A stretch of 64,000 nt of DNA, taken from an uncultured Nitrososphaerales archaeon. Its GTDB lineage: Archaea; Thermoproteota; Nitrososphaeria; Nitrososphaerales; Nitrososphaeraceae. The notes under the pieces are model-generated. The model did not search any database and was not told the origin of the DNA. It was given only the letters and a program-made list of their open reading frames with translations. The stretch lies in NCBI GenBank assembly GCA_963713605.1, contig CAVQMO010000012.1:288001-352000 (forward strand), written 5' to 3'. Every line of letters begins with the position of its first letter. The first letter of the stretch is position 1. A program made the translations under genes and the position numbers. Below, piece by piece: positions 35,224 through 46,812 of the stretch.

Positions 35224-35898
35224 TTATAAATCCCGTACTTTCAGTTCCTTACTGTCAATGACATCGGGCAAGTTAGTGATAGTCCTCCGAAGCAAATCAG
35301 TCTTTCTATAGTCATAAACATCTGTATATACAGAATTAATGAAATCAGCTATACTCTTTCTTGATATCGAAGTTACATTCCTTGAAAGCTTGATCATCAG
35401 ATACATCTCTTCTACATCTCCGTCTACCTGTATTGGAAGTAAATAATTAACACCTTTCAATACTTTCACTCCAAGATTAGAGTAGAACTGAATTCTTTTC
35501 TTCCTCTTTAGCCATTCATTTGGATCAGATACGTTTTCATTCGGTACTTCTAACAATATTCTTATGTTATCTGGAATAAGGTGATTAAATTCATTATCTG
35601 TGAATTCAAATAGCTTTCTGCCTATACCACGCCGCTGAAAATTTGGAGTAACTGCCATATAGTCAAGTAACGCCATTTTTAAATTTTCGAAAACATATAA
35701 CAAAGAGATACCTATCATAGATCTCTTTTCTAGGGCAGCATATAGATGATATCTATTATCATTTCTGAGCATATCATGAATATGATTGGTATATGTATCA
35801 AGCTGTTTGGCATTTTCCAATGGAAAGGTTGAAACATATATGTTACGAAGTTCTTCAAATTCAGCATGAGTTAGATTTTTAATTTCCTTTATTATCAT
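35224..35898 (-). CDS. GNAT-family acetyltransferase
   Basis: LDYMAVTPNFQRRGIGRKL, LLEV, RIQFY..LG. Confidence 0.88.
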   Translation of the reverse strand: MIIKEIKNLTHAEFEELRNIYVSTFPLENAKQLDTYTNHIHDMLRNDNRYHLYAALEKRSMIGISLLYVFENLKMALLDYMAVTPNFQRRGIGRKLFEFTDNEFNHLIPDNIRILLEVPNENVSDPNEWLKRKKRIQFYSNLGVKVLKGVNYLLPIQVDGDVEEMYLMIKLSRNVTSISRKSIADFINSVYTDVYDYRKTDLLRRTITNLPDVIDSKELKVRDL

Positions 35899-35962
35899 GG
35901 AAATAGCCTATGGATGTAGATTAGGATTATAATACAATATCTGAAATGATTGAAGAGTTCGT

Positions 35963-36202
35963 TCAGGGAACGCGAAGAGGGGAAATCATGGAATGGAAAC
36001 TCCTACAGACTTTTAATTGATTCATTATATTACTTACTTCTCCAGCAGTAACTCTGTTTATGGCATTATTATTTGTGTGTTGTAGCATTACATTCATAAG
36101 TTCAGATATCATTTCTGCATCATAAAAAGCGTTTGATTCTGACAATAATTCTGCTACTCTCGATACATCAGTACCATTAGTTATCTTTCCACTTGTTATC
36201 AA
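35963..36202 (-). CDS. Hypothetical protein (possibly a fragment)
   Basis: 79-aa ORF with plausible composition. Confidence 0.35.
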   Translation of the reverse strand: MITSGKITNGTDVSRVAELLSESNAFYDAEMISELMNVMLQHTNNNAINRVTAGEVSNIMNQLKVCRSFHSMISPLRVP

Positions 36203-36315
36203 ACTCCCGAACTTCTGAACTGATTCGTATACTCCGATATTATATGCTATGAAATGAATGTCTCCGGAGGTAAAGTATCAATAGATTCCATACCGCATCT
36301 GGACGAAGTATTCAT

Positions 36316-37175
36316 TCATTTTTTACTAGCAATAAGTATAGCTTCATTTTCGAAACTGACTTTACCTGTATTATTGTCGACATATTTTTGTGCCGCTTTA
36401 GTAACTGCTTTCAATATCTCTCTTTTTCTTTCAATTGTTTGATTCGCTAGCATTTTTTGAAGAGGACCAGCCGTTTCAGTTATAAAGGTTGTAAAATCAT
36501 CAGGCGAATCAAAATCAAAAGACACATTCATTCTTTCGATGCTAAGGTTCTTGAATCCTGATATTACAAAGGAATTCTTTAGACTATTTTCATCCGACAG
36601 ACTAAATGGTCCAGGAGTTCCAGGTGGAGGTGGTTTACTGTTAGTTTCTTTCATTACGATATTCATTGTAGTGGCACTTAAAGTAGCTTGATCTGGCGAA
36701 GCCCAAACAGCAACTGCAAAATGACCACTTGGTTTTAATGATCGGTGAATATTAGATAAACCAGCCTTAAGATCAGGTAAAAACATTAATCCCCATCTGC
36801 AGAGTACTGCATCAAATGTTGAGGATGGTAATTCAATTGTTTCAATATCTCCCTCTTTGAATTCAATTACATTTTGTAGACCAAGAGATCAGCTCTTTGT
36901 TTTGCAATAGATAGCATCTGCGGTGAAATGTCCGTGGCCAATACATTACCATTACTACCTACTCTTCTTGCAGCGGTTATAGCTGGTTCGCCTATACCAG
37001 TTGCAATGTCAAGTACTCTAGAACCTGGTTTAATCTCTGCAAGCTCTATCAAGCGTCTACTAACTTTTTCAGCACCTCTTTCTATTGTCTTCCACCACTT
37101 TTGCCAATTATTAGCTACCCTATCCCAGCTCTGACGTTCTGCTTCTTTGTATTGTTCTGAATCTAGAGTTGTCAT
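36316..37175 (-). CDS. Class I SAM-dependent methyltransferase (UbiE-like), one frameshift
   Basis: RVLDIATGIGEPA, ATDISPQML, FDAVLCRWGLMFLPD, LKPSGHFAVAVW, PGPFSL. Confidence 0.9.
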
Positions 37176-37901
37176 TAATTTCTTCCTTCATTGAGTACTT
37201 GCGATATAAAAATCATTTTTACGATTGTAGATATTTCTATTCTATCTTAAAGTATGATAAACCTACCGTTCATCCATCTCAATCAACTTTGTTATCAAAG
37301 CACGACTCACCCAAAAACTAAATATTTAGGCTTTCGAGTTCATTAACGCCATAACTTGATTATCATACTAGCTAGCCTCTTTATCCAGGTTAGCTGTCCT
37401 GTCTTCCACTGTGGTACTCACCAATTTTCAAAAGGTCTTAGTCTGCCAGAATTTAATAGATTAAGAGTAGAAACTAGAAATTTGATATATTCAAGATCTT
37501 AATCCGACTCAGTCACAATTACTTGCTGTATTATATCTTGTTTTAGTTTAGTAAGTCCATTTGTTTGAACAGGCAAGGCTTTATTGATTTATCTTTTATC
37601 TTACAAGCTGTAAAGTGCCACACTCACAGTTCACAACAAAGAACAGATGCTATCAGATGATAAGAGTATTTGAAGAAGCTGATTTTGTGGATTGTCGAAT
37701 AAATGCATATCCCGTGGTCCCCAATTGGATCATCATCAATTCTTTCATGTAGCTGTGTCAGGTACTTTTTGGATTTATCTAGAATTCTTTTGAACGTTAT
37801 TTCAGATTCTTGCAATTATAGCGGATTATATCTGTCGATATTATCAGCTCTGTAAATCAATATGGTCAGTACGCACTGATAATTTTTAATTATTTAGGCT
37901 G

Positions 37902-38102
37902 TTATGCGTGGCTAACTGTCTGTTTTTGTCTCTTCATAGTTATGATTCCTAGGGCGAGGAATCCACCTCCTATAGCCAGAATCAAGAAGTCTGCCGGCCG
38001 AATTAGAGCCCAGACTGGGTTTACCGAGCTTGCATAAAGGAATAGAATGGCAAGAAAGATCAGTGCAATTCCAGTTATTGTTTCGCCATTTAGTGTTTTC
38101 AT
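37902..38102 (-). CDS. Small two-TM membrane protein
   Basis: 66 aa, two hydrophobic helices, TATA tttatatg upstream. Confidence 0.65.
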   Translation of the reverse strand: MKTLNGETITGIALIFLAILFLYASSVNPVWALIRPADFLILAIGGGFLALGIITMKRQKQTVSHA

Positions 38103-38368
38103 AAGCCAGATTTATTCATGGTACATGCATATAAAGCAAACCAATTTTACATCTCTGTTTTCGCTGACTCAATATCTCTTTCGCGCTGCTGGTTAATTTC
38201 GCCGTACCAATGGTTAATTTCTTTCTGTCAAATCCAAATAATAACACGATTAAATCCAAATACTAATAACACTGCTTCTGCTGAGTCAGAGTGAACAAAC
38301 TGGATAGTATCCCCTCGGTTAGTAATTACTCCCGAAACATTCAATCTGATAGCTGCCGCGACATATGG

Positions 38369-38450
38369 CCAACCGAAATTGCAGATTTCATCCTTAATGC
38401 AACAAAAGGAAAATGATGACAATGTGGCAGGGGCTAGGGTGACCAGCCCT
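38369..38450 (+). repeat. Alpha/beta-hydrolase 3' end plus trailer, copy A
   Basis: EIADFILNATKGK* followed by gacaatgtggcagg..gtgacca.ccct; matches 40190-40270. Confidence 0.75.
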
Positions 38451-38451
38451 C

Positions 38452-38709
38452 ATGCACAAACCAGATACAGCAGATACTCTATATCTGCTTCCAGTTCAGG
38501 GCTCTGACACTAGTTGGTATAAGAATCTGTTAGTCGATCGAATTCTGAAGATTTCTGTAAATGGCGTAGAAATATCTGAAAGGGGTAAACCAATAACAGA
38601 CAGTAATCGTGTCGATGGTATAGTGAGGAAATTCAGGTCCATATATGGCGAAGGGGATGTGAAAAAGTATTATCCAAAAACTGATGTAGCCGTTGAATTC
38701 CCACTCTGA
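38452..38709 (+). pseudogene. C-terminal part of an F420H2-dependent nitroreductase-like (DUF385) protein
   Basis: LYLLPVQGSDTSWYKNL, KFRSIYGEGDVKKYYPKTDVAVE; N-terminus missing. Confidence 0.65.
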
Positions 38710-38993
38710 AAGATCCTCAAAGCAACTGACTCGACTAGGAATTAATTTATTCAGTCAGGTATTAATGATGTCGTATAACTTGGCTTGCGCAAGCATGAAC
38801 TTAATAACATGATAAACATTCACCTTCCACTATTACCTCCAGTTTGGACGGTAAGCCGAATATTGAAGTAAGATATCAGGATGCTCTGTATGAATAGGAA
38901 TGCAATTTTAGAAGAGCATACACAAAATTAACCTGAGACAAGTTTCTAGTATCAAAAATTTTATGATTGTCTGCTACTGAGGACAGACCATCG

Positions 38994-39117
38994 TTTACGT
39001 CGAGGACCTGTGACAAATGATATAATGGTCCAGTTTCATTTTGCATTCCATTAATGCAATTATTTGTATGGCATCTATTATCCTATTGTATGACTGTTCA
39101 GCTTCGTGTAAGAGAAT
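38994..39117. repeat. ~120-bp direct repeat, copy 1
   Basis: atgatataatggt.cagtttcattttgcattccattaatgcaatt...gcatctattatc.tattgtatgactgttca.cttcgtgtaagagaa; also at 43790-43914. Confidence 0.9.
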
Positions 39118-40039
39118 TATTTCATCCTCATTCACACTATATCATCAAATACAGACCAGACCCTTCATAGTCATCCTTCCTATATGATGACTCAGATTGA
39201 AAATTATAATCAGGCACTACCGGCTCTTATCCCACTTAAAGCCGGTACTGTCTTGTCAACCAATTCTGGATTCCGTTTGGCATAAAAGTATGGTGCATAT
39301 ATGACGGGTAGAGAGATCTCCTTGAAAGTAGAGGGAGTCAGATGGTGTAGGAGAAAGATGCAGGTAAACTTTCTTCCCTAAGATCATCGCTGATCTACCA
39401 GTAGAATGTTCTACCAGCGTAGACAAGCCTCATTTTTGGTTCGAATCGAAATAGTTCCATGTTTTCCTATTCCGTCAGATATTATAGAGATGTGAGTGGT
39501 AGTCCTATTTCTATAATATCTATGATCTTGATTGATGCTGGGATAATAATCAATAATGATCATTGGACATCTTTTGGAAAAAGATTATCTACTTTAGTCA
39601 GCAATTTTGAACAAAAATATTCTGAGAAGTCATTCAATCGGTACTGAAATAGAAGAGAATATAACAAATGACGAATTTGGAAATCAAAGTATATAGTATG
39701 GTAGAGGAAGTAAAACAGATGGCTTGACATTATTCTTAAGTGCATTCATTGTGCGATCATATAACTTAAGCAAAATCTATTAAAAAAATTATTATGGGCT
39801 TCTACGAGATGGGAAAAACCTTTTCGGTATTAATCACAAAATGCCTATATACTCGTGTTCCTTATGAAAGATTTACTGTTGATAGGGGATAGTAGGTCAG
39901 TGGTTGTAATCATATCTGGCCGTGTCTATGTCTCTTTTTGGTAAAGATGAAAAGGTAGGCGATCCATGATAGACTTGCAAGTAAATATGGGCCGCCTTTC
40001 CTACAGACCATGCAAATGTCTACAACGATTCTGTGGTGG

Positions 40040-40270
40040 TACTACGACAGCTTGGAGGCAGCTTTCTACATGGTATCAGGTGTCTGAAAGTGATCGCCCT
40101 ACACCCAGATCTTCAGCGTACCTTCGCTCAGCAAATGAATACCACTATTCTATCGCTTAATGCTAGTCATGCTTCAGTGTTAACTCATCCAAATGAAATC
40201 GCTGATTTCATCCTAAATGCAACAAAGGAAAAATGAGACAATGTGGCAGGAACTAAAGTGACCAACCCTA
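40040..40270 (+). pseudogene. Alpha/beta-hydrolase C-terminal remnant plus trailer, copy B
   Basis: AWRQLSTWYQVSESDR / HPDLQRTFAQQMNTTILSLNASHASVLTHPNEIADFILNATK. Confidence 0.75.
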
Positions 40271-40283
40271 TATAACACAAAGG

Positions 40284-40634
40284 TTATTCATGTTCTAAAA
40301 TATTGACCAGTTTTCCGAACGGATCACGAACATAGAATCTTCGTACACCCCATGGTTCACTCCGAGGACCATATTCGATGGGAATGCTTGCCTTTTTGAC
40401 TCTCGCCAAGGCGGTCTCAATATTATCGACTTCGATTGACAAATCTGGAACAGGTGTACCTGATCCTCCCTCAGAGGCAAAACTAATCTGAACACTCATC
40501 TTCAAGTCTGAACCGTATGTTCGTATCCATCCATGATCCATTATACGATCTAGGCCTAGAACTTCCTGATAGAATGCATCCGCCTTATCTATGTCTGAGG
40601 TTTCTATATTTGCAACGATACGGTTAACTTTCAT
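40284..40634 (-). CDS. VOC/glyoxalase family protein
   Basis: FYQEVLGL..MDHGWI, PDLSIEVD, EPWGVRRFYVRDPFGKLVNIL. Confidence 0.93.
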   Translation of the reverse strand: MKVNRIVANIETSDIDKADAFYQEVLGLDRIMDHGWIRTYGSDLKMSVQISFASEGGSGTPVPDLSIEVDNIETALARVKKASIPIEYGPRSEPWGVRRFYVRDPFGKLVNILEHE

Positions 40635-40839
40635 TGGATTTATGGTTGATTGTGGAGGTTAATATTCTAACATTTTTATCATCCAGATCTGGAAATACAA
40701 TATCAATGATCTTTTTCATAACATCATCTTGATCTATGGCAACTTATATACTCAGATGTATTATGCTGATTAATTCAATCTTACGAAGAGTCCATGATAC
40801 TCAATCTATGCGTTTCGTCACGTACCATGTATACCTCTC

Positions 40840-42050
40840 TTACTGCCGTCCCCTCTCGAGATCTTGCATTCTAACTGCCAAAGCCACTAATTGATCAGAA
40901 AGATGTGCGATGGCATCATCCTTCATCTTGTCCCTTTCTCTAAATGACTGGTTTAGTTCTTCTAGTTCTTCTATTTTGCTTTGAATATCTGCACCCTGTC
41001 TCTCTAGCTGATGCACATTTAGAAACGTAAGATATGGTTCTATCTTTCTGAATATCTCTACCTTCTCGGAATCTTTCTTTCTCCAATATGTTGAACCCGA
41101 ATGTCCTATAAAATATTCAGAAAAATCAAAATAACCAAGATCGGATATTGTTGTCTTTACAAACCTTCTGAACGAATGAAGAGTTATTTGTCTTCTATTT
41201 TGATTGCTATCTTCTCTTTCTCCTCTGCCAATTCTGTCAAGTGTTTTGGCGAAGGCTTTTGCAATGTCATCATAGATTCCATCAGGATTTGGCATTCTCT
41301 TGGTTTGGTAAACAGCAAATATTAGATCGGTTTCTTCTTTAGAGGGCGTTCTGTATTCTGTGATTGTACTCCCGTCTCTGTTATGGCAAACCCTTCTTTT
41401 TCTATATTTATAGCTCAGCCAGGACTTTAGCTGTTGTGTTACCTCATCGGTAAGAAATACAATTCTGTCAGCTCTAGTTTTGGTATATTCCCCTCTAACA
41501 AAAACATGGGCTGGTTTAGAATCTAAATCCAAATCTTTAACCCGAACAGATAACGCTTCTACTGCCCTGAATCCACCAGCTGCCAAAAACATAACATATG
41601 TCTTCAAACGGATATCTGAACATGCATTTAGGATATCAACAATATCTTCCTTAGATAATGCTTCCTTATTCTTCCTAACTATCTTTGGCAATCTTACCTT
41701 TAGTTTGAATTTTCTAGGACTAATGTCAATATCCAAATATTCTAAAAAGTTCTTGATAGTAATAATATGGTTCTTTAATGAATTTGGGGCAATAGTATTG
41801 TTACTTTCTTGCTTCAGAAAGAGTATATATCCAGTAAGGAGATCGTAAGGATCTATCTTTGCCTTCTTGATTTCCGTGACAATATTTTGGATGTGAAGAC
41901 CGTATCTATCATCAGTATATTTGCCGAATTTCTTCAATCTTTCATTGTACTTTTGAGCAGTTGATTCATTTACTATTGCTACATTAGTCAGGTATCTAGA
42001 TACAAAAGAGTCGTCATTTTTCGTGTACTTGTTTGTTGATCCGAGGACTT
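40840..42050 (-). mobile_element. Tyrosine recombinase/integrase (Nitrososphaerales type, C-terminal coiled coil)
   Basis: Catalytic set GGFRAVEA (R), YTK (K), HSFRR, IGH, STYW (Y); frame stays open upstream of the TTG to ~42050. Confidence 0.92.
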
Positions 42051-42344
42051 ATTACAGTGATTTCAGTTGAATCTGTTCCAGACCTAGCTTTCAAGTAACA
42101 TTGCTCTTGCAATGCGTACTCTTAAACTTTTTGTATTCGACGCTTTTAATGCACTCCTAATCCCTACATAAGAAGGCATTCTGTTTTGACAGATAAATCA
42201 TTATTCTTAAAAGAACATGTTCTTCGGCAGCATGCAGGATGGTCACCTAGATCTCAAATGCATTTGAAATATCTGCATTACTTTGGGAATGAATCATAAT
42301 TGGATTTGCTCCTCCCCCCTGGTGGTTGAGAATTGCTGTCAATA

Positions 42345-42455
42345 AGTGATAGAAGTGCCATGGCCAATAAAGAAGAAATCTCCAGCGTTCAAAGTCGAAG
42401 ACTTGCCATACGAGTGGATAGTAAATGTTCCACTGATGACTACTATACATTCATA
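42345..42455 (-). pseudogene. Cupin (EutQ-like) remnant
   Basis: ECIVVISGTFTIHSYGKSSTLNAGDFFFIGHGTSITY. Confidence 0.45.
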
Positions 42456-42732
42456 ATAATCATTCACTATTATCGTCATTCTCATTTTGCTTCTCCTCAC
42501 TATTAGTCACATCCTCAGTATCGTCCTCATAAGATCTCAAGAAAGATTTAACAAAAATTCTTTCCTTAAAATGGCATAAAGTAATATCTAAATAGCTAGG
42601 TTATGAATCCGTCAAAAATTTCTTTTGGCATCAAGTAATTGTATTACTTGACATTGTATAGTAGATGGATTCTCCATTTTCCGTGTTCCGTGGCATTTGA
42701 TGAATGCCACAGTATAAGCCATTTATAATAAG

Positions 42733-42918
42733 ATGAATAAGATCGAGAAAGAAATGGCCAAGATAAAGAAAGATTTTGGGCATGAGATTAAGAAAGCTGC
42801 AGAGTATATTGGAGAGGAGATTAAAGAAAATACAGAATTAGCCGAGCATGAAACCGGTATAGATAACGTAAAGAAAGATGCAAAGTCTGTATTTAATAAA
42901 ATGAAAGAGACTATATAA
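42733..42918 (+). CDS. Small charged helical protein
   Basis: 61-aa K/E-rich ORF preceded by tttataa. Confidence 0.55.
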   Translation: MNKIEKEMAKIKKDFGHEIKKAAEYIGEEIKENTELAEHETGIDNVKKDAKSVFNKMKETI

Positions 42919-43081
42919 AAACAGAAGTCAATGGGAAATCATATTCCCATCAACTCTGTCTTGATATGTCTAGTGTTTAATTTAACCCTACAATATTAGA
43001 TTAAACTGTTGTGACTAGAGACTTTCTTCTAGCCAAATTCTAGCCAAAATTGTTATATATGATAAAGCTGATTTGCAATTT

Positions 43082-43334
43082 GATGATAAGTCAAATATTT
43101 TTAGCCATTGGCGTCGCAATCGTTGCGTCGGTATTGGTGACTGGACTTGCATCCACTATTTATGCACAGTCAAATATGACTGGTGGAAACATGACTGGTG
43201 GAAACATGACTGGTGGAAACATGAGTATGCCGGCTGGAACCACAGGTGATGGTGGAAGCGACAACGGTGATGGAGATGATGGAAACGGTGATGGTGATGG
43301 AGACGGAGACGGTGAGGGCGGAGGAAATAATTAG
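43082..43334 (+). CDS. Small secreted protein with (NMTGG)3 and a Gly/Asp tail
   Basis: Signal peptide ending IYA; atgactggtggaaac x3; TATA ttatatat upstream. Confidence 0.75.
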
Positions 43335-43463
43335 TAAGCATTTATTTTAATTCCTGAAACACGTTTATGACTTTATTTTTTTTAAGCTTCATCTGATCTA
43401 CTTTAAGAATAGATCTACAATCAAAATTAGAATGGCTCATATTAATTTGGCCAAAGTTCCAAG

Positions 43464-43715
43464 CTATTCAAATTTATTTATAGTCTCATTTGTTGAGAGT
43501 TTAAGCATAGGCTCAAAGATCTTCCAAAAATCTTCGCCACTAACACTAATCACTGGAGTGTCAATCGTCTTTGTATCATTTGTTTCCAGCCACGTCACAA
43601 TTATTTTTTGTTTGTCCGAGTTTGTAGAATTGGTTTGAGCTGTCACAACTATATTTTCATTGACAGCAAAACCGATCATAGCTACGGCTATGAATATAAT
43701 AATGTGTTTGCTCAT
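43464..43715 (-). CDS. Small secreted hypothetical protein
   Basis: MSKHIIIFIAVAMIGF signal; KIIVTWLE..ISVSGEDFWKIFEPML. Confidence 0.6.
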   Translation of the reverse strand: MSKHIIIFIAVAMIGFAVNENIVVTAQTNSTNSDKQKIIVTWLETNDTKTIDTPVISVSGEDFWKIFEPMLKLSTNETINKFE

Positions 43716-43789
43716 GCTGCAATTATTTAATACATAACTCAACATTTCGGTCCGTGTTCTAGTATTAATTATAGGCTTAATGTTAAGGT

Positions 43790-43914
43790 TTTATGTCGGA
43801 CACCTGTGGCGAATGATATAATGGTTCAGTTTCATTTTGCATTCCATTAATGCAATTGCTTGAAATAGCATCTATTATCTTATTGTATGACTGTTCAACT
43901 TCGTGTAAGAGAAA
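43790..43914. repeat. ~120-bp direct repeat, copy 2
   Basis: Matches 38994-39117 with scattered substitutions. Confidence 0.9.
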
Positions 43915-44589
43915 TTTCTTATTCTCCGCAGCCAGGAATCTGTTCGAGGCAGACGTGCGCTAATCCCTGCTCTGATATATGTTCTTGTACAAGTACCTAG
44001 AAGAACAACAACAAAAACCAAATAAAAATAAAAAAGATGAAGGTAGGGTTTCCTCTTTGACCCTTATCCTCTAAAACTCATTCATTTATCGCAGTTCTAG
44101 GTTGGCAACTGAGCACTGGGTATCTGGATTTGTCATCTCCGGCAGGCAGGCGATTATAAACATTTTCTTATTGTCTATGAGTTTTGCTGTGACAGCGGCT
44201 GACTTTAACTGCTGTACTATGTCCCCGCCACCTGCAGTCATGTTCCCACCGCCACCTGGACTATATTAATGATTTTTGATAGTTATCAATATACCACGAA
44301 ATGGCAGTTTTTCTAATATCAGTAATGAGCCCATTTACCATAGATAGTAAAGACTATTATTTGCTGAATAATAAATGTTATCTGCACATGATTTATCGGC
44401 TTTTGCCAGAAGAGTTAGAACCTGTATCCGTACTCCATGGAGTTATACTACCAGTAGTGGGAGTAACTTATAGTCATGAGATTGATAGTGTCTTCATAGC
44501 TAGGCTAAAGCAAAGAAACGACCAACTGCCAAGCCTTCATCAAAGTCTGCCAAATATGATGTCATTATAAAAGCCAAAGCCACATGTTG

Positions 44590-44715
44590 GCCCCATATTC
44601 TTCCGCCATGCGCTTCAACTATCCACTTGCAATAAAAAGCCCCTGACCTGTTCCGGCGTCAGGGCCTCTACTGAATTTCTGAATCAATCTTGGAAATATT
44701 TCGTGAGGGATACCA
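44590..44715 (-). pseudogene. Histidine kinase HATPase C-terminal remnant
   Basis: GIP/EIFPRLIQKFSRGPDAGTG/..ICKWIVEAHGGRIWG. Confidence 0.6.
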
Positions 44716-44923
44716 GGAGATATAATATCAAAAGCTTTGGACGATATACTTCACAACAGTCCCTCCTAATTTTTTCTCCTGCATTTTTACAGTAACAGTA
44801 ATAGTAATAAACACAGTAGACACAGAATTACTTAAGACAACTCAGATGATAATTATTCTTGTAATATCATTTTGGTTAATATAATTAATCACCTGTCATT
44901 CCACGTGATACCGAATCTGACAG

Positions 44924-45265
44924 CTAAGGAAGTGTGGGTGGAAGTGGGGGTAGTTCAGGAGGTGCTTCTGGTGTAACTGTTGGAGATTGTGAATCTTCTG
45001 TAGGATTCTGTAACGAGAAATCTTCGATATTATTCGTAGTACCACCTGCTGCAGGTAATCCTGTACTTGGAATTTCAACGTTTACGGTTTGTTGGGATGA
45101 ACCAGTAAATTCGAAATTTCTGCAATCCTTTGCATTAGTATCTCTTATCTCATAACATACTTGAAAATTATGTCCTTGATCTGGATCCTCAACTTCTAGA
45201 ACTGTACTCAAAGGGATTATTGTACTCAGATAAGTTGAAATCATCACACTGATCCTCATATCCAT
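44924..45265 (-). CDS. Hypothetical protein with a Pro-rich tail (probably frameshifted)
   Basis: FQVCYE...DCRNF, IEDFSL, poly-Pro end. Confidence 0.5.
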   Translation of the reverse strand: MDMRISVMISTYLSTIIPLSTVLEVEDPDQGHNFQVCYEIRDTNAKDCRNFEFTGSSQQTVNVEIPSTGLPAAGGTTNNIEDFSLQNPTEDSQSPTVTPEAPPELPPLPPTLP

Positions 45266-45487
45266 TAGATTCTAGATCGCCACTAGGAAACTCGAAGTAG
45301 TACTTGGACTTTCCACGAGTGGGTAGGCATAGGGATATGGATAAGATATGTTCGCAACTGTGGACATAGCATTAAATTAACATTAGCTTTCAAGTCAAAT
45401 CCTTGTTTTGCAGAAATGTTTTTTGGAGCAGATGTTTGAATATCTCAAACAATGTTTAAATAGTTATTCTAATCTTGTTTTCACGAG

Positions 45488-46252
45488 ATGTTGCTGAATC
45501 CAATCGTAATGACTCTGTGTCTTGCGTTATTGCTAGCTTTCGGAATACATACTGCATTTGCAAGCAGTTCTGAAGACGATAATGACGATGAAGATAGCCC
45601 GCAAAATGAACAAACACAATCTTCTCCAGCTAATCAACAATCTCAAGTAACTTGGAAGACTTTCAAGGATAGAGAAGGTTTGTTTACTGTCCAGTACCCA
45701 TCTAATTGGGTTCCATCAGGAGTTGCTGAATCAGACAGAGCTGGCCCTATTGACACTGTATTCTCTTCGCCTGGCTCAACCGAAACGACTGGGTCAGACC
45801 TTGAATTCATAGAATATGCACAGCCCTCGGTATTTAGTACTTCTAAAGAAGCACTAGAACAAGAAATAACTAATCTCCAAAATGATCCTACAATAACCAA
45901 ATTTGAAATAGAACGTCCGGTTGAATGTTCAAAATATACTCTAAATGGACTACCGGCCTGTGGTTACATATATGAAGTCAAGACTACTGATGGTCCGAGT
46001 CTTGCAATCTTGGCAGTAGATGCCATCGCATCCGATGGCAAGGAGTACGAAGTGTACTACCACTCGGACTTCAATTCATTCGAACATTTTCTTCCCACGG
46101 CGGAAAGCATGATCAAGTCATTCCGAACTACGGGAAATAGTTCTGAAGTTACTGACTTCTCTCTGACTGGACAAGGAAAAGCAAACATAGGTCAACAGAG
46201 TAATAACTTGAACAGTGCGAATTCAGGCAGTGAAGATTTCTCACTGGGTTAG
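45488..46252 (+). CDS. Secreted PsbP-like domain protein
   Basis: Signal AFA; WKTFKD..FTVQYPSNW; TLNGLPA; FLPTAESMIKSF. Confidence 0.8.
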   Translation: MLLNPIVMTLCLALLLAFGIHTAFASSSEDDNDDEDSPQNEQTQSSPANQQSQVTWKTFKDREGLFTVQYPSNWVPSGVAESDRAGPIDTVFSSPGSTETTGSDLEFIEYAQPSVFSTSKEALEQEITNLQNDPTITKFEIERPVECSKYTLNGLPACGYIYEVKTTDGPSLAILAVDAIASDGKEYEVYYHSDFNSFEHFLPTAESMIKSFRTTGNSSEVTDFSLTGQGKANIGQQSNNLNSANSGSEDFSLG

Positions 46253-46812
46253 TACTTGACTAATATTTCATTTATTTTCTCTCTGAAAAGATAATTTGTA
46301 GATCCTTGATATTCTTCCAATTTTTCTTTGAATATCAAAACTCTGTTTGCCTTCATTCTTTCTTCTGGGGGTCATACTTTGCATATTCATCTCCTCTGCC
46401 GCTATCAAATATTATATTATCAGAGAATCTTGAAACAGTACCTCTATCTTCTGTTATCGTTTCAAAAATTAATTCTGATGGATTATCATTCTGACCCAGA
46501 CAATCTATTATATCGTTATCATTTTCCTCGTCCTTATTCTTCTTCTTCAAGTAATTGTGATACCTACCTAATATTATTAAATACCAAATACCTATATCAG
46601 CCTATAAGCAAATGATTAGAGTCAGAGATAAAATAATTTAGTCCAAGAGTACACCAAATCGAAGGAAGGCGTAGCAGGATACAAAAAGATAGGTCTTCCT
46701 TATGATGAAGAGATTCTAGATAGAGGATATGAAAATTGGCTAGACACTAGATTGAGCAGGTCATTCACTTAGGTTAGTTCTGCTACGCATCTTATTGTAT
46801 AATTACCACCTT

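Noticed and set aside
39040..39060. TGCAN array inside the direct repeat (tgcattccattaatgca)
   Set aside because: The 5-bp phase is broken and it lies in an apparent coding relic (NCINGMQ), so it was not counted as a motif copy.
40840..42050. Integron integrase with a cassette array
   Set aside because: No IntI-specific insertion is recognisable, no recurring RYYYAAC...GTTRRRY attC sites were seen, and the cargo genes lie in both orientations.
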